Of a stretch of DNA of 64,000 nt, positions 53,975-64,000 are shown piece by piece (the first letter of the stretch is position 1; every line of letters starts with the position of its first letter). Below the pieces are notes generated by a model. That model ran no database searches. It worked only from the letters and a program-made list of their open reading frames with translations, and had not been told where the DNA came from. Where the stretch lies: the NCBI RefSeq assembly GCF_006345805.1, contig NW_021835976.1, forward strand, positions 1 to 64,000, written 5' to 3'. The position numbers and the translations under genes are program-made. The stretch comes from Octopus sinensis (lineage: Eukaryota).

Positions 53975-54348
53975 CTACAACTCTTCATTCTAAACGGTTT
54001 TCGTTATTCGGATTCGTTAGTTGAAGCATTACTCCCTTAAAGTGCTTTAGTACTGGAGGTACAAGAAGAAGAAGTAAACCATGTTGTAATACCAATGCAG
54101 GGACTAAGTTGGATTTGCTTTATAGTATTAATCAAAACCAGAAAATTGGCAGAAACGATAAATCATCTCCTAAAGTTATATGCATTATGCGATACTAAGT
54201 TTAAATCTTAATGTGTTCAAGTTAGATTTTATATGGGTTACCGCTTTAAAATCACCGCTTTCAAAATTGCGCACAGTTATGGAACAAGTGATGTGTAAGT
54301 AATTACCAGCATAATTTTCCTTCAGTTGCGATACGTGACAGGATAAGT
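53975..54348 (-). pseudogene. Pseudo-exon, copy B, possibly the N-terminus of an LRR/Toll-like receptor
   Basis: Acceptor TTTTCATTCCTATCAG| then DLSCHVSQLKENYAGNYLHITCSITVRNF..FKLSIA*C; homologous to 58916->58690. Family call is from recollection only. Confidence 0.4.
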
Positions 54349-55369
54349 CTGATAGGAATGAAAATTCAGAAATAATATTCATATTTTTCAAACTGATCAA
54401 TGAAGAGTAAATTTTCACCAATAAAATGTTGATAGTCGGATCACACCAATCTTAGGCAAATTATCTTTTGAATCCACTCAAAGTTCAATGATTTCAGTCT
54501 TGTTAAATCACTGTTTACATCGTAAAGGCTTTTATCCGAAACAAATAGTCTGACAATAACTAATATGGTGAACGTTAGATATTATCTCCAGAACAAAACA
54601 AAACGTCAGTAAACAATATTGTTGATACACAGCAAAACTCACTATATTTTATCTAATTCTCGGTATATTAATCCTCTTTAGTCGTCTTACTGAGAACGTG
54701 TAATAAAGCTAAAAGGTGTTTGTTGCTTTTACCAAATATTTTTAACATCCACTCCAATCAGCATTGTCTATTTTCCCCACAAAATTTTAATCAACTGATC
54801 TTTTGGTAGTTACTTCCTTTGTTTTTAATAAATTTTATACATTCCGAAGGGACAGATTTACTTACTAATTATTTGGATTCATCGAAGTTATATAACTCAC
54901 TGTATTACTAGAATGAAAAACTATCGTGTTAGTAAAAATAGAAAAATATATCTATATGGTTTCTTCGTTAATGTTACTCAATCCTTTCATTCTTTATAAC
55001 AAATATATTTTTCAATAGTAATTTATAATCTGGACATGTCCAACAATTTCACTGAAACAATAAGATTCCTATACAGATATATGATATCCATTGCACACTC
55101 CGGTGACGACGAATTTACTATCTCCAAACGTAACATGTCAGGAGAGATCATTATAACTGGCTTATAAGGCATTTATCCCTCAGTAATACGACCGACTAAA
55201 TTGTCCAGTTTTGATATCCATTATTTGTTTGTCTTAGTTTTTAGTTTCCCTTTTTAGCTAGCAGGCATATATACCCAAGAAAGAAGCAAAAGCTGATATA
55301 TTGATTACATACATACACACATACATATATACATGCATGCATACATAGATACATACGTACATACCTAAT

Positions 55370-56440
55370 AAACACGAGACAGTGAAATCCTTAGAGCTCC
55401 AAGATACAACCGAAAATGTAGATTATGTCACATTCTTGTGGAAGATATCACACATGTGATTAGCAGCTGCTCCAAAATGTCATGAAAGTACTTACTGTCT
55501 CGCTAAGCGACATGATATTGTCCCGAAAACAATATACAATGCCTTCCGGGAAAAAAAACACTGTCCTGGAATAATTAAAGAAAATCCCAGTTATTGAATA
55601 TGTGCACAAACGTCAACACAATAAATACTGGTGAAACATTCTTAGGTGTAGGAGTGGCTAGTATAGGCGTAGGAGTAGCTGTGTGGTAAGTAGCTTGCTT
55701 ACGAACCACATAGTTCCGGGTTCAGTCCCACTGCGTGACACCCTGGGCAAGTGTCTTCTACTATAGCCTCGGGCCGACCAAAGCCTTATGAGTGAATTTG
55801 GTAGACAGAAACTGAAAGAAGCCCGTCCTATATATGTATATTATATATATATATGTATGTGTGTATATGTTTGTGTGTCTGTGTGTGTCCTCCCCAACAT
55901 CGCTTAACAACCGATGCTGTTGTGTTTACGTCTCCGTAACTTAGCAGTTCGGCAAAAGAGACCGATGGAATAAGTACTATGCTTACAAAGAATAAGTCCT
56001 GGGGGTCGATTTGCTCGACTGAAGTCGGTGCTCCAGCATGGCCACAGTCAAATGACTGAAACAAGTAAAAGAGTAAAGAGTAAACCATCTATCAAGAGTA
56101 AGCATAACAGGCTGGACATTATTGTATGTGACCAAGGCAATGTCATAGAAATCAGCTTTCCTGCTACTGTGAATACCTCTTTGAAAATCAAAGGGAAAGA
56201 CAGAGGGTAACTGTGGACAACTGCTTCAAAAACTCCAGTTTATATACCCAAATAACAAATTTACGTTTATACCAAAAGTGATTAGTGCATTCGGTTTTGT
56301 AAGTAAATGCTTTACTGACAGTGAGGATGAGCTTGAGGTTTAAGAAAAGAAATTAAGTAAATGACTCGCACATAACAAATACCATCTGTTAGAATAACTG
56401 TAAAATTATGCAAGATATGTTTCACTTTTAATAGGTGGCA
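55370..56440 (+). mobile_element. R4/Dong-clade LINE 3' end (CCHC knuckle and RLE), split by a SINE
   Basis: RKCRLCHILVEDITHVISSCSKM..RHDIV, then after the SINE KHNRLDIIV..VIEISFP..FIPKVISAFG. Confidence 0.8.
55665..56082 (+). mobile_element. SINE family B, full length, nested in the R4 element
   Basis: Near-consensus head and tail. Confidence 0.95.
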
Positions 56441-56528
56441 TTGTTCTTGTTATCTACATTCCAACGATAGAGTTTTGTATCTTTGTTAGAAGCAAGCTCC
56501 TTCTTCGGAGGAAATATTTAAATGATCA

Positions 56529-57798
56529 TGAGGGTCAACAAAAAGTTCCTAGGCTGAACAAGCTGCCCTCATGCAATGTAATTAACTGAGGTTTATTTTT
56601 CAATATAGAGCCCTTTAAGGCACACACACTTTTCTATCAGTTTGCAATACTTGGATACTATTGTTGCAGTTTTCATTTTGTTTGTAAACAATTCATAAAT
56701 AGCTGCTATGACATCATCGTCATCACTGGAATACTAGTTTCCAGTAAAGTGTTTTTTCATGTTGAAAGACAGATAAAAGTCAGATTGAGTCAAATCTGGA
56801 GAATAAGGAATCTGAACAACTACTTCAAATCCTCAGTCACGCATAGCAGCCATTGAAAGCAAGGACTTGTGTGCTGGAGCATCGTCCTAATGAAACACGG
56901 CACCTTAAATTAGTTTTTCTGGGCAATTGGTCTTGATAGACTTTGGGAACTGCCTCAGCAATTTGGCATAATACACGACATTGAAGGTGTGGCGCTTTTG
57001 AAGGTAATCAATAAACACATCACCTGCATTTCAAAAAACTGAGACCATCACTTTCCCTGCAGATGAAACTACCTTAGTCTACCTTGGAGTAGGTGAGAAT
57101 ACGTATTTCTACTACATGGATTATCTCTTTGGCTCTAGTTCAAATTATGAACCCAACATTCATCCTGGCCTATGACATATTCAAGAAAATCAGCTGCATC
57201 TATCTTAATGTGAGATTTCTTCGTGATATGATCAGCATGGTGATCTTTTGATAAAGTATCAGAAGTGCTACCCACCAAACAGAAACCTTCTCCAAGCCAA
57301 GTTCATTGTGTTGATTATTCTCAACACCCTCACAGGATATGTTAATAGCATTGACGTTTTGAATTATATTCAATTGTGTACCATCCATCACCATGTGTTG
57401 AAAACGATCAATATTTTCCTCGGTAGAGGCAGTTGCAGAACTACCTGACCTTGAGTAACATTCAAGAATCTCCTTTCGCCTTCTAAATTCAGCTGCCCAT
57501 CTTTGCACTGTTGATAAAGCTGGAGAGTTATCCCATAATGTAGCAAATATGTCAGTATAAATTTCCTTTGGGTCTAAATTAATTTCTGCAGGTACTTTAT
57601 GGAGTACTAACTTTTGTCTCTTTTCAAGAGAAGTCGCTACTAGCTACTTTTGAAATCTTTGAACAGCAATATGTCAGTTTACCCGGAAAGAAACAATGCA
57701 GTTATCAATAAAAGGTGATGAAATTAATGCATTCAAGATTTTACAGCTCTAACATAATTTTTCCATAGTCAGCCTCTGAACTTTGCAGCTCACTCTTG
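56529..57798 (-). mobile_element. Mariner element, near full length, degenerate transposase
   Basis: ORF 57200-57508 WAAEFRR..SRSG..EENID..HNELGLEKVSVWWVALL (WVPRLL motif); SPDLTQSDFYL further on; TIRs AAAGTTCCTAGGCTG / CAGCCTCTGAACTTT. Confidence 0.9.
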
Positions 57799-58284
57799 AA
57801 TACATATAACAAATTAAAAAGGGTGGCTTATTAGCAATTAGAACCTGAAGACAAAATTAACAGAAGCCACAAAAATGATAGAGGGTACTGACTAGCACCG
57901 CTTTTACATACTGACAGACAGGCAGACAAACAAGATTGTCCGATAGATAATTTTGTTGTTCTTTTAGCTGGCGTTTCAACTGAACTGTATCTCAATCAGT
58001 ATTGGTTTCAAATTTTGGGAGAAGGCAAGCAATTTCGGGAAAGGAGGCAAAAGGTTTATATCAACTCCAGTGTCCAAATTATTTTATAGATTCCAGATGG
58101 ATGATAGGCAAAGAAAAATTTTAAGGGGTGAACTGGCAGAATAGTTAGCACGCCAAAATTTAAAACCAATATGAATTAAAATTAACAATATAAACTTCCC
58201 GTTATTCCCAGACGAATACCATATCTTGGTCCATTTTGTTGTGCCATTAGATGTCTTGCAAACAACTTGCACATGCAAGTGCTA

Positions 58285-58660
58285 CCAGTCGTGAACCCCG
58301 CATACTGGAAACCAACAAGTATATGGGGTCATCAGGAGAGAATATGCGCTGTTTCGGGGCCTACCTCTCGACGGCATTAATGCGCCCTCCCCCTCACTGA
58401 TATGAGGCCCCGCTTGCTAGATCACCTGGTTATTAAATAACACTCACTATTTCTCTAGTCATTGCTCATCGTCTCTTTTTAATCAAATCCAATGGCTAGC
58501 CTTCTACACTATAGTTTGGATATCGGTCATGGTGGTGTTGACTTTACGATGAGTTAGGCCTAACGATAACAACAGTCGTCTCACACTGTGTGCAACAAAC
58601 CCTCTACATCCGACTTCGATTGGAAAATGCTCTGCGCCTTCACATTGAACACGTATACAT
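58285..58660 (-). mobile_element. HERO-like LINE 3' end with UTR
   Basis: HFPIEVGCRGFVAHSVRRLLLSLGL..KASHWI. Confidence 0.8.
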
Positions 58661-59302
58661 GGATACTTGGGATAGTACACGCCAGTAAATCTTATAATTT
58701 TGTAAGAATTCTACACATGTCGGCATTTCCGAATTATATCTGATTTTAAGTTCAAGAATTCAATCAGATTGTGAGTAATTTATTGAAAATATGACACTGG
58801 CAACAGAAAGTACGTTGTTCCTTACAATACAAGTATTGCGCTTAGTTACGGAACAATTGATATAAAATAGTTGCCAGGATAATTTCCCTTCGGTGACGAT
58901 ACGTGAGAGGAGAAAACTGAAAGGTCCTTCTTTAACTTATTCCAGAAAGGAAACTCATGATTTTGTACATTAAAATGAAAATGACACACAATATGAATGA
59001 AAATTCAGAAATAATATAGAAATGCCTTAAAGCGAAAAAATCCTTCCGTATATTATGAAGTAGGCATAATGGAGTATTAAGTGAAAAGCGGATGTACACT
59101 TAAACATCTATCGCAAATGAAAGACCAACAAGAGTTACACATGAGCTGCTGCGATAATGGAGGTTCCTTCAATCTGATGATAGCTCCGGGTACAAAGTAA
59201 GAGTAATAGAATCTTAATTAACTTAAAAAATAACAAATACTTTATTTGACGTATAGAAAACAGATATTTCGTATATTTTATCAAGAAACACAGGAATGCA
59301 CA

Positions 59303-59333
<31 letters not shown>

Positions 59334-59414
59334 TTTAAAGAGAGAGGCAATTACGAGAATAAAGAAATTTAGTATAACAGCTTCTAATACAATGTACATA
59401 TTATATATATATTG

Positions 59415-59459
<45 letters not shown>

Positions 59460-59843
59460 TATATATATATACATACATTTATATATAAGTATGCATATAT
59501 TTATGTATGTGTGTATGCGTCTACGTATACGTATGTATGTTCATGTGTTTAACACATACACGCATATATATGTATATATATTATATTATATACATTATAT
59601 ATATATATATATTATATATATATATATATATTAATATTAATGTGAAATAGAAGATGAATAATCTTGTAGTAGATTAATCAAAAGTTTAACCGATACCTTA
59701 GTAGCAAAAATCACAGCAGAAACAGCACGGTTGGAGGTACAACCATATGGTGTTGCAACCGTGCGTTGGTGCGGATAATTGAATTAAAACTTATTGGTGA
59801 ATTGAAGAAATGGAGCTGAACGCAGATTGAACAGAAATCGTTT

Positions 59844-59936
59844 TATTTCATTCTGCACGTGTTTCGAAAGGCACAAATTACCAAAATCTGATGAATAATG
59901 GGACCATATTGTGTCTTTCTCTTCAGGAAGAAAATA
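59844..59936 (-). ncRNA. Type I hammerhead ribozyme in the 3' pLTR, cleavage triplet altered (GCA)
   Basis: TATTTTCTTC-CTGAAGA-GAAAGACACAA..TTGTGCCTTTC-GAAA-CACGTG-CA-GAATGAAATA. Confidence 0.7.
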
Positions 59937-62605
59937 GGAAATCCGTTGAAAAACAAAAACAGAACAGAGGCGGAGCAAAAACAAATCGAACTATGCTCCT
60001 AAGAGCCCATGGCGAAACTGTTTATCAGTGTATGTTGAGAACCGGTGGCTGAAGAATCATCACGGGTCAGGCATCGGTCAATCATGTGGGTGAGGGTGTG
60101 TAGATGTTCTTTTGACCGAGAATAAAGTTCTGACTATTTAAGGAATATTGGATGTTTTATAAGGGGCGAGAAAAAATCTACTTAGAGACGTGTGTGTGTG
60201 TATACTGTTCTATATATGTGTGTGTTGGCGTAGGGGTAGAAAACAACATTTTTTGTGTACGTGTGTGCGTTTGATCGTTCGGCGCTGTCAGTGGCTACTG
60301 CCGTGAGAACCGTTGGGTGGAAGAAAAAAATATATATATATTATGTTTTTGTGTGGTGTGGTGTTCATCTAAGCCTGCCTTGTCAAGGAAACCCCCCGCG
60401 TGTGAAAAACCAAGCCCCGTTTGTCTTAGGAGTAATTCCCCTTGCAGTGGTTAATCGTAGATATCTTAAAGGCTATTTCAGAATTTGTTACCAAGGGCTA
60501 TGGGTGCCGGTATTATTTATAAACGCTATTTAAAAGCCAGATAAGTGAACGCCGCCAATGGGGGCATCGAAAAGCCGACTGTAAAAGCCCGTTAACCATC
60601 CGGCCTCTGGCAAACAAAATATGGAAGAGTTCGGAGACACAAAGGTTGCACTGCCTTCTGCCCCTATCAAATGGGAGGGCCACCGACAAAATTGACCATT
60701 CCAGCCTGTAGCTTAAGTTCGTATCCTTCAGTCGCCATATTAGCTTACTGAGTCCCGTGGTCTGGCGCTTGTTCATGTCCCGAAAAGTTGCGTAATGGTT
60801 GGAGACACGCAAAGACAATCTTGAGGATGAGGCCCCTACATAAGTGAAGACATCTGAGTCCGTGTAAACCTTGCATTGGTAACGGCGTTTTTGATCTTGG
60901 AGTTCGCCGACGTGAATCTTATTCTGCTAGGATTAGTTTCTGAAATTAGAACTGCGTTCCTGTCACTATATTCGTTCCGAGACCTGCAGCCGCTTACCTC
61001 TATTTTCCACTACGTCACTATTAACTATAGGAATACCCCTGATTCTCCACTATCTATCAGAGTGCTGTCATTGCTACTGCCCGTGGTGCTGCTATTGCGG
61101 GAAATGATGCTGGGGATGCTATTGGGGCTCTCTACCCTACTCCCATTGTTACCGTCAACCACAACCCCTATTTATAACTATACCCCTAGTGGTACTACTC
61201 CCTGGCTGGAGCTGAATTATGTGTCACTGTACTGGCTCTCATATCATTATTACTACTATAATTATTCCTACTGAGCATTAAACCGGGAGCGGAAGAGGCT
61301 GTGCCTCCGGAAAAAGGTGATAGGGTCTTAGTAAGTAGCCTATTATTATGGGAGGCGATTATCTGGGCGAGGTTTTTAGTGTTGGAGAAAGCTATCCTAA
61401 CTTTATGCGAGTTAACCGTGGAGTAATATTTGGAATTTCTGGGGAAGTTATTGGCGATGGCTGTCTAAACATGAGGGGGAGGTTAGTTCTAATCTGCTTA
61501 CCAAAGGGGATTACAAACCATATGCTTATTCCTATCAGTGTGATGGGTCGGGACGCCAGCTCTCACATTCGGGTGGGTGATTCTCGGATGAATAACGGGT
61601 CTTGGTTAGTGTAAGACCTCCCGGACCGATAATTATCCTTGTTCGCTAAATTAAATGCGGGAGCGACTACCCCGGCATCCGCCGCGCTCCCGTCCTTACT
61701 TAAAATGTTAATGTTATTATATACGGCCCTATCCTGATGACCGAATGATGCATCGGAAGGGCCGGATCAATATAAATTACCTTCTGCCTATAACCGGCCT
61801 TGGATAGTGCGGCGTTATAAAATTCCGCTTTCTGCATAAAAATATCGGCACTGGCGGACAAGCCAGACAATCTTAGAGAGATGTTTTTAACCAAATTGTC
61901 TGTTACGGTTTTGGCATGATTTGAGAAGACACTGACATACTTCAAATTAGTGGAAGGCTTATGGTAAGGGCAGTATGAGTCGCTATTAAGGTTAAGTGTA
62001 ACGTCTAGGAAATTAGCCTTGGTGAGTTCATTATCAAAAACTATACTCATGCCCATTCTATTAAAAACCTAGCTAACCTGCTCTTAGTTTTCTGCACTAT
62101 TCTGTTCGTGGTGTTTTGCAGTTAAAAAGACAATCGTCACGATACAGGCCGCCCGCGATCTCCGGGAATTGGTCGGACAATTCGTAGAGATATATATTCC
62201 GACCAAATCGTCTATCTGCGCACTATCCGAACTACCCATAGGCACATCAATTCATTGGAGTATCTTTACGGATCCACAACTTTTATCAAACTTAATAAAC
62301 GATTCCTGGCAACTAAAATGATATCTATCTCTTCTCTGGAGGCCAGCCTTGTTGTGAGCATGCCAGAGGCCTTATTTAGCACACTAGGGTTAATCGAGGG
62401 GTAGAAGCTGGCGATATCAAACTGAATGAACCGAGTACGGTTCTTTTGGGATGGAAGAGAACACTTCACTACTTGCGAGGAGTTGGCCCAGAGGCTGAGC
62501 TTCAGCTTGTTTACTAAACTAGGGATATATTTATCTAAAATGTACTTACTGATTATCCCGATTTGTTTTTGCTCCGCCTCTGTTCTGTTTTTCCAACGGA
62601 TTTCC

Positions 62606-62699
62606 TATTTTCTTCCTGAAGAGAAAGACACAATATGGTCCCATTATTCAATCGGATTTTGGTAATTTGTGCCTTTCGAAACACGTGTAGAATGAAATA
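62606..62699 (+). ncRNA. Type I hammerhead ribozyme in the inverted pLTR, intact core (GUA)
   Basis: TATTTTCTTC-CTGAAGA-GAAAGACACAA..TTGTGCCTTTC-GAAA-CACGTG-TA-GAATGAAATA; palindromic minimal stem III. Confidence 0.8.
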
Positions 62700-62751
62700 A
62701 AACGATTTCTGTTCAATCTGCGTTCAGCTCCATTTCTTCAATTCACCAATA

Positions 62752-62875
<124 letters not shown>

Positions 62876-62877
62876 TG

Positions 62878-62943
<66 letters not shown>

Positions 62944-62947
<4 letters not shown>

Positions 62948-64000
62948 GGGTTGGATTAAAATCATGGAAACACCTTAAAATGTAAACAAATTTATGTTAA
63001 TACGGGGTAGGACAGCCTTTGGCTGTAATTACAGCTTCAATTCTACGACGTATGGACTTATACAAAGGTAGAAATGTCTCCAAAGGAAACTTTTTTCCAT
63101 TCTTCAGCTAAAACAGTCGCCACCTTTTGTAGCGATGATGATGGAGAATATCGACTTCTTACTTGTTTATCTGAAATGCACCATAACTGCTCAATAATAC
63201 TGAGATCTAGGCAAGATAAGAAGTTCAACTTCACTCGAATATTCTCGTGCTATTCAGTAACAACTTTAGCTGTGTGAATTGGTGCATTATCATCCTGAAA
63301 TATTGCACTTCCCTATGGAAACAGTTCCGCAAATATAGGATGAATTTGATCAGATACAGTGCTTAAATACTTTTGACTATTAATTCTGCCATGAAGGGAA
63401 ACCATTGGACCGGCGGATTTTAAAGATATAGCCCCTCCAGATCATTACAGATCCTCCTCTATATTTAACAGTTGGAAGAAGGCAATCTGGGTCAAATACT
63501 TCTTTTGGCTGTCTCCACACGTATACTCGGCCGGTGGTCGGAAATAAGATAAAGGATGACTCGCCCGAGTAAATAACATTCTTCCACTACTCTAGGGACC
63601 AATTCTGTAGGTTTTTACTCCACTCTAGACGCTTTGCAACGTTTGTTTTTGAAAGTGGTTTTCTAATTGAGTCACCCGTAAAAACCTACTTTGCGTAGCT
63701 ACCGACGAACAGTGTTTGAAAAAATTAGGTTCTCGAGGTGGTCATTAAGCTCTGCAGTAATTTTGGGGGCTGTAAATTGGTGATCCTTTCTAACAATACG
63801 TATGAGATTCTGACGGTCCCAATCTGAAAGTTTTGTTTTTCCGCCGGAGTTTTGTTTCGACGAGGAGGTTGTTTCCCTCTTTCTCAAAGGCTGTCATTAC
63901 TTTCGAGCCAGTACTTCTTGATACACCAAACATTTCAGCTGTTTTTGTTACGGTAGCACCTGCCATACAATTTGAGAACCAACAATTTGACCTGCTTGAA
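62944..64000 (-). mobile_element. Tc1 transposon, degenerate, continues past the window end
   Basis: TIR TA|CAGGGGTTGG..TGGAAACACC; TAEMFGVSRST..KLSDWDRQNLIRIVRK..TAELN..TVRR; FQDDNAPIHTA. Confidence 0.9.

Larger units (their letters stand above)
54450..59221 (-). pseudogene. Copy A of the same gene, split by HERO, SINE, mariner and R4 insertions
   Basis: Signal-like exon IKILLLLLCTRSYHQIEG (59221->59145, ATT where ATG is expected); exon from 58916 FSSHVSSPKGNYPGNY/YINCSVTKRN; later PDMLRLEIVNSSSPECAMDIIYLYRNL (about 55145->55065) and DLTRLKSLNF (about 54500). Confidence 0.4.

Noticed and set aside
58325-58375. Type II hammerhead in the HERO 3' UTR (GAAAC..CTGATGA on minus)
   Set aside because: The stem II arms are both CCCC and cannot pair; no stem III/UH.
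59173-59200. CTGATGA hammerhead candidate
   Set aside because: Followed by CAAA rather than GAAA, with poor stems.
61734-61765. CTGATGA-CCGA..TCGG hammerhead candidate
   Set aside because: No GAAA after the stem; it lies antisense within the PLE coding region.

Overview
This is eukaryotic, AT-rich, repeat-saturated DNA with no prokaryotic gene organisation. The tRNA-derived SINE families and the extreme microsatellite load point to an octopus (coleoid cephalopod) genome; that is an inference from repeat content. Almost all ORFs in the supplied track are microsatellite artefacts. Supportable content: three SINE families in many copies; decayed R4/Dong, HERO and ORF1-type LINE pieces; Tc1/mariner elements, a Kolobok-type transposase remnant and MITEs. 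A 5'-truncated Penelope-like retroelement (Naiad-type, RT plus GIY-YIG) at 59630-62752 carries an inverted pseudo-LTR with type I hammerhead ribozymes. Several smaller fold-back elements also carry hammerhead cores, the best at 9795-9862. Candidate host-gene content is a promoter-like motif cluster with a signal-peptide-like first exon (minus strand, 17772-17832) and a two-copy, TE-shattered pseudogene resembling an LRR/Toll-like receptor ectodomain (minus strand, about 53975-59221). There is also a near-identical tandem duplication of about 1.05 kb. I found no intact multi-gene novel system. All family assignments come from motif recognition by eye, not database searches, and repeat boundaries are approximate.
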